Source of the DNA: an uncultured delta proteobacterium
Lineage (GTDB): Bacteria > Myxococcota > Myxococcia > Myxococcales > Myxococcaceae
NCBI GenBank assembly: GCA_963776345.1
Contig: CAVZMH010000013.1
Span: forward strand, 160,001 to 224,000
Direction: 5' to 3'
Length of the DNA stretch: 64,000 bases
The notes below the pieces were generated by a model that worked only from the letters and a program-made list of their open reading frames with translations, was not told where the DNA came from and searched no databases. Positions 10,389 through 20,212 of this stretch are shown piece by piece (the stretch's first letter is position 1; each line of letters starts with the position of its first letter). The translations under genes were made by a program, and so were the position numbers.

Positions 10389-11174
10389 CTACTTCTTCCC
10401 CTTGGACGGGGTGCCCTTCTTGAGCGCCGACAGGCCCTTCTGGGCCAGCTTGGCCTCGCTGGACCGGGGGTAGTCCTTCACCACCTGCTCGTACGCGAGC
10501 TTGGCGGCCTCGGGGTTCTTCAGCCGGGCGAAGCAGTCGCCGCTCCGAACGTAGGCCAGCGGCACCGACTTGGACTTGCCGAAGCTCTTGATGAGCTGGC
10601 CGTACTCCGGCAGCGCCTCCGGGCAGTTGTCCTGGGCGTAGTACGACTCGGCCAGGGAGAAGTGCGCGTCGCCGGCCAGGTCGTCCTTGGGCCACTTCCG
10701 GATGAAGTCCACGTAGAGCGCACGGGCGGTCTGGATGTCCCCGGACTTGGCCTTGCTCTGCGCCAGCGCGAAGAACTCCTTCTTGTCGGTGGGCCGGGGG
10801 ACGTCGTCCGCCGGCTTCTTGTCCGCCGCGGCGGCCCGATCTTGAAGCTGGTCGAGCGAGTGGGTGTAGGCCTCCACCTGCCCTCGCAGCTGCGCCATGT
10901 CCTCGATGACCTTCTGGAGCTGGACGCTGGTGTCCGCCCCGCTCCGCCGCGAGGCCTGGTCCAGCGAGTCCAGCGCCTTGGTCACCTCGGCGATCTTCTG
11001 GTCGATGCGGGGCAGCTGCTGGTCCAGCTTCTCCGCCTGGGCCTTCTGCTCGGCGCGCAGCTCCTTGTCCAGCTTGTCCACCCGCGTCTCGAGGCCCTTG
11101 CCGGCCTCGGACGAGTAGAAGCATCCCGTCAGGGCCAGAAGGCCCAGGGACAGCGCGGAGCGGACGACGGTCAT
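10389..11174 (-). CDS. cpoB: CpoB/YbgF-like TPR lipoprotein
   Basis: Lipobox LTGC, coiled coil, C-terminal TPRs (AHFSLAESYY; YEQVVKDYPRS); directly after the Pal-like gene. Confidence 0.8.
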   Translation of the reverse strand: MTVVRSALSLGLLALTGCFYSSEAGKGLETRVDKLDKELRAEQKAQAEKLDQQLPRIDQKIAEVTKALDSLDQASRRSGADTSVQLQKVIEDMAQLRGQVEAYTHSLDQLQDRAAAADKKPADDVPRPTDKKEFFALAQSKAKSGDIQTARALYVDFIRKWPKDDLAGDAHFSLAESYYAQDNCPEALPEYGQLIKSFGKSKSVPLAYVRSGDCFARLKNPEAAKLAYEQVVKDYPRSSEAKLAQKGLSALKKGTPSKGKK

Positions 11175-11921
11175 CTAGTGACGGAACTCCACCCGGCGGT
11201 TCGCGGCCCAGGCCTCCTCGTTGTGCCCCTCGACCGCCGGCCGGTTCTCGCCGTAGCCGACCGTGTCCAGCTTGGACGGCCCCACGCCGAGGTCCACCAG
11301 GTACTTCCGGACGCTCGCCGCGCGGCGGTTCGAGAGGTGGAGGTTGTACTCCTCGGTGCCGCGCTCGTCGGCGTGGCCCTCCAGGGTGACCTTCTTCGCC
11401 TCGCCCTTCTTGATGCAGTCGGAGAGGTCGTTGAGCTGGGTGCGCGCCGAGTCGGTCAGCACGCTCTGGTCGAAGCCGAACCGGATCGGCGTCCAGTTGC
11501 ACTTGTCGGCCGTGCCCTTGGCGCAGACGCCGGCCTGGCAGGTCTCACCCGTGCCGCAGTCGTCGTTCGTCGCGCAGGTGTTGGGGACGCACTGGTTGTT
11601 CTTGCACCGCGCGCCCGGGCCGCAGTCGGCGTCCGCGGTGCAGGCCTTGGGAGTGCACTTGCCGGCCTGGCAGCTCGAGCCGGCCGGGCAGTTCTGGTCG
11701 GTGGTGCATTCGGGCTTCGGGACGCACTTGTTGCCCTGGCAGACGAAGCCCGTCTTGCAGTTCGCGTCGGTGGCGCACTCCTGGCATTGACCGCCGACGC
11801 AGACCTCGTTGTGCGACTTGCACTGCTCGTCCGAATCGCACTTTGGATAGGTGGGAGGACATCCGGTGAGAACGGCAAGACCCAGGACTCCCAGCGCCAG
11901 CACTCCGACACGACGGGACAT
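11175..11921 (-). CDS. Pal/OmpA-family peptidoglycan-binding lipoprotein with Cys-rich repeats (CrdB-like)
   Basis: GGAGGAG RBS, lipobox LTGC, five 4-Cys repeats, OmpA_C motifs GHADERGTEEYNLHLSNRRA and NRRVEF. Confidence 0.88.
   Translation of the reverse strand: MSRRVGVLALGVLGLAVLTGCPPTYPKCDSDEQCKSHNEVCVGGQCQECATDANCKTGFVCQGNKCVPKPECTTDQNCPAGSSCQAGKCTPKACTADADCGPGARCKNNQCVPNTCATNDDCGTGETCQAGVCAKGTADKCNWTPIRFGFDQSVLTDSARTQLNDLSDCIKKGEAKKVTLEGHADERGTEEYNLHLSNRRAASVRKYLVDLGVGPSKLDTVGYGENRPAVEGHNEEAWAANRRVEFRH
11523..11840 (-). repeat. Five tandem C-x5-C-x5/6-C-x4-C coding repeats
   Basis: CDSDEQCKSHNEVCVGGQC / CATDANCKTGFVCQGNKC / CTTDQNCPAGSSCQAGKC / CTADADCGPGARCKNNQC / CATNDDCGTGETCQAGVC. 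Confidence 0.9.
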
Positions 11922-11975
11922 GCGCACTCCTCCGTGGATGGCCACCGGCCCTGGGCAGCCCGTTCCCTGTCGCCC

Positions 11976-12005
11976 GCTGTACCGTCATGCTGTGATGCCA
12001 GTCAA
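11976..12005 (-). promoter_or_regulatory. Candidate sigma70 promoter for the pal/crdB-cpoB unit
   Basis: TTGACT-N18-TACAGC on the minus strand with an AT-rich stretch upstream. Confidence 0.4.
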
Positions 12006-12020
12006 AAGAAATTCGGAGCA

Positions 12021-12042
12021 GACGTGGCCCCCTGGCCACGTC
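12021..12042. promoter_or_regulatory. Perfect inverted repeat, candidate operator
   Basis: GACGTGGCC-CCCT-GGCCACGTC in the divergent intergenic region. Confidence 0.4.
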
Positions 12043-12077
12043 GTGGCGGCTCGGGTGCCGCGACCCGGAGTGCGGTG

Positions 12078-13550
12078 ATGGCCCACAGCGTCCTCCTCGT
12101 CGACGACGAGAAGAACATCCTCCTGACCCTCAGCCAGGCCCTGCAGCTGGCCGGCTACCACACCGAGCTCGCCGGCACCGGCCGGCTCGGGCTGGAGGTG
12201 GCGCTCGCCCGCCCCGTGGACGCGGTCCTGATGGACGTCCGCCTCCCGGACATGGATGGCCTCACCGTGCTCGAGCAGCTGCTCCAGGCGCGCCCCGGGC
12301 TACCGGTCCTGATGATGTCCGGGCACGGGACCATCGAGACCGCGGTCCGGGCCACCCGGCTCGGCGCCCGCGACTTCCTGGAGAAGCCCATCGGCCGGGA
12401 CCGGCTGCTGGTGGCGCTCCGGAACGCGATCGAGCACCGGGCGGCGGTGGAGGAGCTGGAGACCCTCCGGGCCGAGGCCGGCAGGTACGAGATGGTGGGA
12501 CAGGGGCCGGCGATGCAGCGGCTCTACCACCTGGTCCAGCGGGCGGCCCCGAGCGAGGGCCGGGTGCTGATCACCGGCGAGAACGGCACCGGGAAGGAGC
12601 TGGTGGCCCGGGCGCTCCACCGGAACAGCCGCCGTGCGTCCGGGCCCTTCGTCCGGGTGAACTGCGCCGCGGTCCCTCAGGACCTCATCGAGAGCGAGCT
12701 GTTCGGCCACGAGAAGGGGGCGTTCACCGGGGCGCTGGCTCTCCGCCGGGGGAAGTTCGAGCTCGCCTCCGGAGGGACGCTGTTCCTCGACGAGGTGGGG
12801 GACATGCCCCCCACCATGCAGGCCAAGCTGCTCCGGGTGCTCCAGGAGTCCGAGTTCGAGCGGGTCGGCGGCACCGAGGTTCTCAAGGCAGACGTCCGGG
12901 TCGTCGCCGCGACCAACCGGGACCTCGAGGCCGAGGTGGCCGAGGGCCGCTTCCGGGAGGACCTCTACTACCGGCTGGCGGTGGTGCAGATCCGCACTCC
13001 CCCGCTCCGCGAGCACCGGGAGGACCTGCCCGACCTCATCGCCGCCTTCCTCGAGGAGGCGTGCCGCCGCAACGGGCGAAGGCCACTCCGGCTCACCCCG
13101 CAGGCGGTGGCCACGCTCTCCGCCCACGACTACCCGGGCAACGTCCGCGAGCTGAAGAACCTGGTGGAGCGGCTGGCCATCCTCTGCGAGGGGCCGGAGG
13201 TCTCGGGAGACGAGGCCCGCGAGCTGCTCCCCCGCCCGCGGCCGGTCCGCGCCCCGGGAGCCCCGCTCCCCGCCGGGGCCGAGCAGAAGACGGCTGCGGC
13301 CCTGCGCCCGGTCGGAGAGAAGCCCTTCCGGGACCTCGTGGACGACGCCGAGCGGGAGATCATCCTCCGCACCCTTGCCTTCACCCGGGACAACGCGACG
13401 GAGGCCGCCCGGCTGCTCGACCTCGAGCGCGGCCACTTCTACAAGAAGATGAAGGCCCTCGGCATCCGGCGGCCGCGCGCCCAGGCGGCCGAGGGGAGCG
13501 AGGGAGAGCCCGGCGCAGACGAGGGCACGGGTCCTCCCGAGGCGAGCTGA
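12078..13550 (+). CDS. crdA: Sigma54-dependent response regulator, NtrX/CrdA-like
   Basis: [37 protein letters not shown]-terminal HTH; divergent from an OmpA lipoprotein as crdA/crdB are in M. xanthus. The symbol rests on synteny; the function call is firmer. Confidence 0.7.
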   Translation: MAHSVLLVDDEKNILLTLSQALQLAGYHTELAGTGRLGLEVALARPVDAVLMDVRLPDMDGLTVLEQLLQARPGLPVLMMSGHGTIETAVRATRLGARDFLEKPIGRDRLLVALRNAIEHRAAVEELETLRAEAGRYEMVGQGPAMQRLYHLVQRAAPSEGRVLITGENGTGKELVARALHRNSRRASGPFVRVNCAAVPQDLIESELFGHEKGAFTGALALRRGKFELASGGTLFLDEVGDMPPTMQAKLLRVLQESEFERVGGTEVLKADVRVVAATNRDLEAEVAEGRFREDLYYRLAVVQIRTPPLREHREDLPDLIAAFLEEACRRNGRRPLRLTPQAVATLSAHDYPGNVRELKNLVERLAILCEGPEVSGDEARELLPRPRPVRAPGAPLPAGAEQKTAAALRPVGEKPFRDLVDDAEREIILRTLAFTRDNATEAARLLDLERGHFYKKMKALGIRRPRAQAAEGSEGEPGADEGTGPPEAS

Positions 13551-13551
13551 G

Positions 13552-13585
13552 TCCTCCCCGGGGGCGCGGCGCTCCCGAGGGGGGC
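13552..13585. terminator. GC-rich hairpin between convergent genes
   Basis: CCTCCCCGGGGGCGC..GCGCTCCCGAGGGGGG imperfect stem, no U-tract. Confidence 0.3.
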
Positions 13586-13592
13586 AGGCGGC

Positions 13593-14382
13593 TCAGCGCG
13601 TGGTGGGCGCGGGCCGCGAACGCGAGATCGGCATCCTCGCGGTGCTCGCCGCGGGCGCGCCGAAGGGCACCATGCCAGGACGGCCGTACCCCGGGCCACC
13701 GACGGCAGGGACGGAGGTTGTAGGCGAGCCGGTAGTACGGGACGAGCGTCGGGTCCGGTGGTCCGCGGAACTCGGCCGAGTTGTCCGCGAGCCGGTCCGA
13801 CCCCAGCGGGGCTCCGACGTTCATCAGGAGCCCGAGCCCCCCGGCCACCTCCACGTCCGACCAGCGGGCCATGGTCGCCGGCAGCGAGACCGAGATGGGC
13901 TCGATGCGGCTGCCGCACCCGCGGCTGCCCGAGTACTCGCTCCCGTTCCAGCGCACGTCCCATCCGCAGGAGCCGACCCGGCCGTTGATCCGGTCCGCCG
14001 AGAGCTCGAAGTCGCTGATGGCCCCGCCGAAGATGCCGGTCACGTGCAGCCCGGCCGGGGTGCGCTCGACCTTCACCTGGAACGGGGCGCCGCGGTAGAC
14101 GCCCACGCCCTCGTCGCCGTGGAACCCGACCACCACCCCCATGCCCATCGCACGGCCGCGGATCTCGCCGTCCGTCCGGGCGAGCGCGAAGTCCGGCTGG
14201 ATGCCGAGGATCTGGTCGTCCGTCACCCGGACGCCCCAGTGGTCGGCCTGGCCGCCGATCTGGAAGGTGTCCTCGGTGCTGGCGCGGGCGATGCCCCAGT
14301 CGGGACCGGGGACGGTCTGGGGGGCGTGGGCACAGCCGACCGCCACCAGCGCGGCAACGACGGGGAGAGCACGAAGCGTCAT
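13593..14382 (-). CDS. Hypothetical beta-rich lipoprotein, probably frameshifted near 13725
   Basis: Lipobox AVGC; the ORF-track frame runs into crdA, while another frame gives a plausible tail SVPAVGGPGYGRPGMVPFGAP...TTR* ending at 13593. Confidence 0.6.
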
Positions 14383-14461
14383 GGGGTGGCTCCCTTCAGG
14401 ACTCCGAGGAAGCCTACTCCCAGGGCGAAGGCCCCTTCGACGGGGCTCCCCCCCAGCCTAT

Positions 14462-15268
14462 TCACTGGAAGGCGTCGGGGGGCGTCTCCGGCTCCCCCGG
14501 GAGGCGGAACCGGGCCCAGACCGGGGCGTGGTCCGAGGGCTGGGGGCCCTTCCGGGCCTCCCGGTCGATGCCCGCCCCGTGGAGCGCCGCCACGAGCCGC
14601 GCCGTCGCGTAGACGTGGTCCAGCCGCAGCCCCCGGTTCTTCTGGAAGCCGAGCATCCGGTAGTCCCACCAGCTGTAGCGGCCGGGTTCGGGGTGGAGGC
14701 GCCGGAAGGTGTCCTCCAGGCCGAACTCCACCGCCCGCCGGAGCGCTGCCCGCTCGGGCAGGGAGAAGAGCGTCTGCCCTTCCCAGAGCTTCGGGTCCCA
14801 GACGTCGCGCTCCTCCGGAGCGACGTTGAAGTCGCCGCAGACGACCAGCAGCTCGTCGGCCTTGTGCCGGACGTCGAGCCAGCGGCGGAACCGGCCGTAC
14901 CACTCGAGCTTCTGGTGGTAGGCGGGCGAATCCACCGCCTGGCCGTTGGGCGCGTAGACCGACGTCACCCGGACGCCGGTCACCGTCGCGCTCACCACCC
15001 GGGCCTGGGCGTCGTCCTCGCCGTCCAGGAACCCGCGCTCGAGGCGCTCGGGCTCTGTCCGGCTGAGGATGGCCACGCCGTTGTAGCTCTTCTGCCCGAA
15101 GAGCACCGGGTGGTAGCCGAGCGAGCGCACCTGCTCGGAGGGGAACTGCTCGTCGGTGCACTTCAATTCTTGAAGACAGACCACGTCCGGGCGCCGGGCC
15201 TGGAGCCAGCCGAGGAGCCGCTCGGTGCGGGCGCGCACCGAGTTGATGTTCCAGGTGGCGACGAGCAC
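14462..15268 (-). CDS. xth: Exodeoxyribonuclease III
   Basis: ATWNINSVRAR, CLQELK, YAPNG, CGDFN, YSWWDYR, GLRLDH, SDHAPV. Confidence 0.95.
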   Translation of the reverse strand: MLVATWNINSVRARTERLLGWLQARRPDVVCLQELKCTDEQFPSEQVRSLGYHPVLFGQKSYNGVAILSRTEPERLERGFLDGEDDAQARVVSATVTGVRVTSVYAPNGQAVDSPAYHQKLEWYGRFRRWLDVRHKADELLVVCGDFNVAPEERDVWDPKLWEGQTLFSLPERAALRRAVEFGLEDTFRRLHPEPGRYSWWDYRMLGFQKNRGLRLDHVYATARLVAALHGAGIDREARKGPQPSDHAPVWARFRLPGEPETPPDAFQ

Positions 15269-15371
15269 GGGACGAGCGACCCTCGCACACGACCCATGGG
15301 GAGGGGCAAGCGGACACGTGCCGCGGCCGGCTGACCACGCCCGGGCCCGCGCTCCCCGGGGGGCGAGCGGG

Positions 15372-15387
15372 TGGCACGCCGGGCGCA
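15372..15387 (+). promoter_or_regulatory. Candidate sigma54 promoter
   Basis: TGGCACGCCGGGCGCA (GG-N10-GC) 50 nt upstream of the TPR lipoprotein start. Confidence 0.45.
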
Positions 15388-15437
15388 CTGCACGTTGGTC
15401 CACGAGGACCGCCCCGGTCCCGAAGAGGAGTCCGTCG

Positions 15438-16358
15438 ATGCCGAACCGCCTGCTTGCCGTTCCGCTCGCCGCCGCGCTGGTGGCGGGCTGTCAGAAGTCC
15501 CCCGCGCCATCGCCGCCCGTGGCGGAGGTGCGCCTGCCCGTTCCGGCCGCGACCCCCGCGCCCGCGCCGGTGGTCACCCAGGCCCCGAAGCCGACGGGCG
15601 CCCCGGTGGATACGCTGGCCCTGCCCCGCTCCGGACCGCCGGGCGTCGACCACCTGGCCCGCGCCGAGACGCTGCGGGGCGACGGCGACACCGCCGGAGC
15701 GCTCGTCGAAGCCCGCCGCGCCCTGGCGGACGACGGCGAGGACACCGATGCGCTCTCGCTCGTCGCCCGGCTGGCCCGCGCCTCCGGGCAGGTGAGCATC
15801 GCCGCGGAGGCGTACGAGCGGCTCGGGCGGCTCGACCCCGAGGACGCCGTCTCCCTGGTGCAGGCGGCGCGGATGCGACTCGCCGCGGGCAACGTGGAGG
15901 CCGCCGAGGCCCTGGCGCGCTCCGCGGTGGGCCGCGACGAGGGCGACGTCGAGGCCTGGCAGGCGCTCGGGCGCGCCCAGCTCAGCTCGGGCAACCTGGC
16001 CGGGGCCATCCACAGCCTCGAGCAGGCGCGCACCCTCGAGCCCTCGCACGGATGGGTGCTGAACAACCTCGGCTTCGCCTACCTCCGGGCCAGCCGCAAC
16101 CCGGAGGCGCTGGAGGTGCTGGAGCGCGCCGCCGAGCTCCTCCCCGAGGCCGCGGTGGTGGAGAACAACCTCGGGGTCGCCCGCGAGCGCACCGGCGACC
16201 TGGACGGCGCGCGGGAGTCGTACGCCCGCTCGGCGCTGCTCGCCCCGAAGTACGTCAAGGCGCGGGTGAACGGCGCGCGCACCGCGATGCTCCGCACCGG
16301 CCCGGACGGCGGCGTGGACGACGCGCACGTGCCGGAGGAGGGCGACGGCGAGGAGTGA
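15438..16358 (+). CDS. TPR-repeat lipoprotein
   Basis: GAGGAG RBS, lipobox VAGC, Pro-rich linker, TPRs (AWQALGRAQL, VLNNLGFAYL, ENNLGVA). Confidence 0.85.
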   Translation: MPNRLLAVPLAAALVAGCQKSPAPSPPVAEVRLPVPAATPAPAPVVTQAPKPTGAPVDTLALPRSGPPGVDHLARAETLRGDGDTAGALVEARRALADDGEDTDALSLVARLARASGQVSIAAEAYERLGRLDPEDAVSLVQAARMRLAAGNVEAAEALARSAVGRDEGDVEAWQALGRAQLSSGNLAGAIHSLEQARTLEPSHGWVLNNLGFAYLRASRNPEALEVLERAAELLPEAAVVENNLGVARERTGDLDGARESYARSALLAPKYVKARVNGARTAMLRTGPDGGVDDAHVPEEGDGEE

Positions 16359-16460
16359 GGCCGTTCGCCGGTGGTGCGAGGTCCGACGTTTCCCGGGAGA
16401 CCGGGACGTCGGCCTCGGCCATTTCCGGTGTTACGCTCCCCTCCCCCGCAGTCCCTTCAG

Positions 16461-18992
16461 ATGGCTCGCCGCGCTCCTCGACCGTCGTTGCTCCGCCGGC
16501 TTCTCCTCGTCCTGGGCGTCCTCGTCCTCGCCGGGGTCGGGGTGGTGGTCGGCGTGTTCCTCTGGTTCAGCCGCGGCCTGCCCTCGGTGGAGGCGCTGCG
16601 CGACTACCGCCCGCCCCAGGTGACCAAGGTCACCTGCGCCGACGGCAACGTCTGCGCCGAGTACTTCCTCGAGCGGCGCACGCTGGTGGACGCCGCCGCG
16701 CTCCCCGAGCACGTGCGGAACGCCTTCCTCGCCGCCGAGGACGCGGACTTCTACCGGCACGAGGGCCTGGACTACGTGGGGATGCTCCGCGCCGGCATCA
16801 AGGCGCTGCTCCCGGGCGGCCACCTCACCGGCGCCTCCACCATCACCCAGCAGGCCTGCCGGAATCTCCTGCTCTCGCAGGAGCGGAAGCTGAGCCGGAA
16901 GATCCGCGAGTGGATCCTCACCCCGCGCATGGAGCGGGCGCTGACCAAGGACCAGATCCTCAACCTGTACCTGAACCAGATCTACTTCGGGCACAACCGC
17001 TACGGCATCGAGGAGGCGGCGCTCTACTACTTCGGCAAGCACGCCGCGGCGCTGAGCGTCTCCGAGGCGGCGATGCTCGCCGGCGTGGTGCAGCAGCCCG
17101 AGCGCATCAACCCGGTCGCCAGCATGACCCGGGCGAAGGGCCGCCAGGCGTACGTGCTCGGGCAGATGGTGAAGCACGGGATGCTGCCTGCGCGCGAGCA
17201 CGACGCGGCGCTGAAGGCCCCGGTGGTGCTCGGCCCCCGCTCGCCGCCGCCCGTGGGCCCGTACTACGTCGAGGAGATCCGCCGGATGCTGGTGGCCCGG
17301 TACGGCGACCCTGCGGTGCTCACCAGCGGGATGCGGGTGGAGATCGCCATGGACCCGAAGCTCCAGTCGCTCGCGGACGCCGCGCTCCGCGAGGGCCTGG
17401 AGACGCTCGACCGCCGCATGGGCTACCAGGGCCCGCTGGGCGAGCTGGACGGCAAGCGGTTCGCGCAGCTCCGGACGCTGGTGGAGCGCCGGCTCGCCGA
17501 CACCGGCCGCCGGAGCCAGGAGGGCGCGCTGCTCGCCGATCTCTCCCGCTTCGCCCAGCCGCGGCAGGCCTCCGGGGAGGAGGAGGAGGGCGCAGAGGAG
17601 CGGCCCGAGACCAGCGCCGAGGGTGAGGCCGCGCCCAGCTCGGACGAGGTGCTGGTGCGCGCCGTCCCGCTGGTGCCGCTGAAGGAGGGCCTGCGGCTCG
17701 GCGGCTACGTCACCCAGGTGGACGACGCGAGGAAGGTGGCCACGCTCGACTTCGTCGGGCGCCAGGGCGCCCTCTCCTTCGCCAGCGTCGCCTGGGCGCG
17801 CCCACGCGGGGTCGGCAAGTGGACCCCCGCGCCGGCGCGGCTGTCCGACGTGCTCAGGCCCGGGCAGCTGGTCCGGGCGCGCATCCTCTCCGTCCCGGCC
17901 GGCGGCAAGCCGCTGGAGGTCACGCTCGACCAGGTGCCCGAGGTGCAGGGCGCGCTGACCGTCCTCGACCCCGCCACCCGCCGCGTCCTCGCCCTGACCG
18001 GTGGCTACGACTTCGCCCGCTCGTCCTTCAACCGCGCCACCCAGGCCCGGCGGCAGCCGGGGTCGGCCTTCAAGCCGTTCCTCTACGCCGCGGCGCTGCA
18101 GAGCCAGAAGTTCACGCCCGTCTCGGTGCTCAACGACGCGCCGGAGGCGGTGCGTGACCCGTGGACCGGCAAGGTGTGGAAGCCGCACAACTACGAGAAG
18201 GGCGGCTTCGAGGGGCCGATCACTCTCAGACAGGCGTTGACGAAGTCCAAGAACACCGTCTCCGTCCGGCTGATCGAGGCGATCACCCCTCAGGTGGCCA
18301 TCGACTTCGCGCGCCGGGCAGGCATCCGCTCCGACATGCCGGACAACCTCACCCTGGCGCTGGGCACCGGCGAGGTGAGCGAGCTGGAGCTGGCCAACGC
18401 CTACACGACCTTCGACGCGCTGGGGAAGTACGCCGACCCCATCCTCCTGGTCCGGGTGACGGACGCTTACGGCACCGTACTCGAGGAGCACCAGGCCGCG
18501 CCCGAGGAGACCATCCCGCCGGCGGTCGCCTACCTCGCCACCTCGCTGATGCGGAGCGTGGTGGAGGAGGGCACCGCGGGGGCGGTGCGCGAGCTGGGCC
18601 GACCCGCGGCGGGGAAGACCGGCACCGCCAACGAGTACCGGGACGCCTGGTTCAGCGGCTACACCCCGGACCTCGTGGCCACCGCCTGGGTGGGCTTCGA
18701 CGACCACGCGAGCCTCGGCAGCGGCGAGACCGGCGGCCGGGCGGCGCTCCCCATCTGGCTCTCGTTCATGCGCGCGGCACTCGACGGCAAGCCAGCGCGC
18801 GACTTCGACGTGCCGCCCGGCGTCCAGACGGTGAAGGTGGACCCGAGCTCGGGCCTCCTCGCCGGCGCGCACGTGCCCGGCCGGGCCGAGACCTTCCTCG
18901 AGGGCACCGCGCCCACCGCCGAGGCGCCACCGCCCGGTGAGGCGAGCCCGGACCGCTTCCTGATGGAGGAGCCCGGCCGGGGTCGGCTGTGA
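16461..18992 (+). CDS. mrcA: Class A penicillin-binding protein PBP1A
   Basis: Transglycosylase EDADFY, GASTITQQ, RKIRE; transpeptidase SAFK, SKN, KTG; OB-like insertion. Confidence 0.93.
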   Translation: MARRAPRPSLLRRLLLVLGVLVLAGVGVVVGVFLWFSRGLPSVEALRDYRPPQVTKVTCADGNVCAEYFLERRTLVDAAALPEHVRNAFLAAEDADFYRHEGLDYVGMLRAGIKALLPGGHLTGASTITQQACRNLLLSQERKLSRKIREWILTPRMERALTKDQILNLYLNQIYFGHNRYGIEEAALYYFGKHAAALSVSEAAMLAGVVQQPERINPVASMTRAKGRQAYVLGQMVKHGMLPAREHDAALKAPVVLGPRSPPPVGPYYVEEIRRMLVARYGDPAVLTSGMRVEIAMDPKLQSLADAALREGLETLDRRMGYQGPLGELDGKRFAQLRTLVERRLADTGRRSQEGALLADLSRFAQPRQASGEEEEGAEERPETSAEGEAAPSSDEVLVRAVPLVPLKEGLRLGGYVTQVDDARKVATLDFVGRQGALSFASVAWARPRGVGKWTPAPARLSDVLRPGQLVRARILSVPAGGKPLEVTLDQVPEVQGALTVLDPATRRVLALTGGYDFARSSFNRATQARRQPGSAFKPFLYAAALQSQKFTPVSVLNDAPEAVRDPWTGKVWKPHNYEKGGFEGPITLRQALTKSKNTVSVRLIEAITPQVAIDFARRAGIRSDMPDNLTLALGTGEVSELELANAYTTFDALGKYADPILLVRVTDAYGTVLEEHQAAPEETIPPAVAYLATSLMRSVVEEGTAGAVRELGRPAAGKTGTANEYRDAWFSGYTPDLVATAWVGFDDHASLGSGETGGRAALPIWLSFMRAALDGKPARDFDVPPGVQTVKVDPSSGLLAGAHVPGRAETFLEGTAPTAEAPPPGEASPDRFLMEEPGRGRL

Positions 18993-20212
18993 GCGCCCTG
19001 GCGCTGTGGGCCGCGCTGCTGGTCGCCGCGCCCGCGCCGCCCGCGCTGGAGAGCCTCGCGGACCAGCTGCGAGCGGACGTCGTCGCCGCCCGCCCGGAGG
19101 CCCCGGTGGCCGTCGCGGTGCAGGCGCCCTCGGCCGCGCTGGCCGAGGCCGCCGCGGCCCTGCTCGCGGCCAGGCTCGGCGAGTCCGGCCTCCCGGCCCT
19201 GGTGGTGGGAGCGGGCGAGGACGCGGCGGCCCGGTCCCGGGGCGCCGGCGCGCGGAGCCTGGTGAGCCTCCGCCTTCAGATCCACGGGGAGCTCGCCGCG
19301 GCAGGCGAGCTTCGATCGGTGTGGCGAAACTTCTGGGCCGGGCGCACGCCCATCGAGTCGGGTCCTGCCCGCGTGCTCTCCGCCTCGGTCCCGGCGGACC
19401 GGGCGACCGAGCTCCTGGCCACGGGAAGCGGTGCCGGGCCCGCGCTGACGCTCGACCCCGCCCCGCTCGCCCGATTTCCGGTCCGCACCGCCGCGCTCGC
19501 CACCGGTGACCTGGACGGCGATGGCCGGCCCGAGGTGGCCGTGCTCGCCGGCAACGAGGTGGTGGTGCTGAACGCCGCGGGGGAGCCGCTCGCGAGGGCC
19601 GGCCTGGGAGACCTGCCCCCGGCCGCAGCGGTGGCGCGCGAGCCGTTCGGCACATTGTGCATCGCCGAGGGACGGATCACCGCCGCCTGGGCGCGCGCCG
19701 AGGCGGCGGTGATGCTTCAGCTCCAGGGCGGCCAGCTCGTCCGCGCCGCCGGGACGGCCGGACCAACCCTGGGCTGCGGTGAGTCCGCCGAGCCGGCGAG
19801 CTTCCTGCCCGGCGCCGCGCGGATGGTGCTCACCCGCGGGCCGGAGCGGGAGGCCCTGTGGGGCGGGGATGCGCGCGGGGGCCAGCGGCTGCTCCTCCTC
19901 CCGGACGGCACGGCGCGGTGGAGCCTCCCCGGGGGCAAGGTGCAGGTGCTCCGCGACGTCGGGGCCGGAGCGGCGCTGGTGTCCTGGGGCGGCGAGATGC
20001 GAGTCGCGGCGAGCAGCGCGGCGGCGGCGCCCGCGGAGGACCGGCTCCGCCTCGTGGGGGCGGGCGCGGAGGAGCCCTCGGTCACGGTCACCGGTCGCAT
20101 CCTCCAGGTCCGTCCCGTTCCCCCGGGACCGAGCGGCGTCCCGGTGCTGGTGCTCGGGGTATGGATGCCCGACGGCGGCTCGGAGCTCCGCGTCGTCCGG
20201 GGGGCGCCGTGA
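18989..20212 (+). CDS. Secreted FG-GAP/VCBS-repeat protein
   Basis: Signal peptide, ATGDLDGDGRPEVAV motif; 4-nt overlap with PBP1A. Confidence 0.7.
   Translation: MSALALWAALLVAAPAPPALESLADQLRADVVAARPEAPVAVAVQAPSAALAEAAAALLAARLGESGLPALVVGAGEDAAARSRGAGARSLVSLRLQIHGELAAAGELRSVWRNFWAGRTPIESGPARVLSASVPADRATELLATGSGAGPALTLDPAPLARFPVRTAALATGDLDGDGRPEVAVLAGNEVVVLNAAGEPLARAGLGDLPPAAAVAREPFGTLCIAEGRITAAWARAEAAVMLQLQGGQLVRAAGTAGPTLGCGESAEPASFLPGAARMVLTRGPEREALWGGDARGGQRLLLLPDGTARWSLPGGKVQVLRDVGAGAALVSWGGEMRVAASSAAAAPAEDRLRLVGAGAEEPSVTVTGRILQVRPVPPGPSGVPVLVLGVWMPDGGSELRVVRGAP

Noticed and set aside
11523..11840. CRISPR-like periodic repeat
   Set aside because: The periodicity is at protein level in a coding region, with no identical DNA repeats or cas genes.
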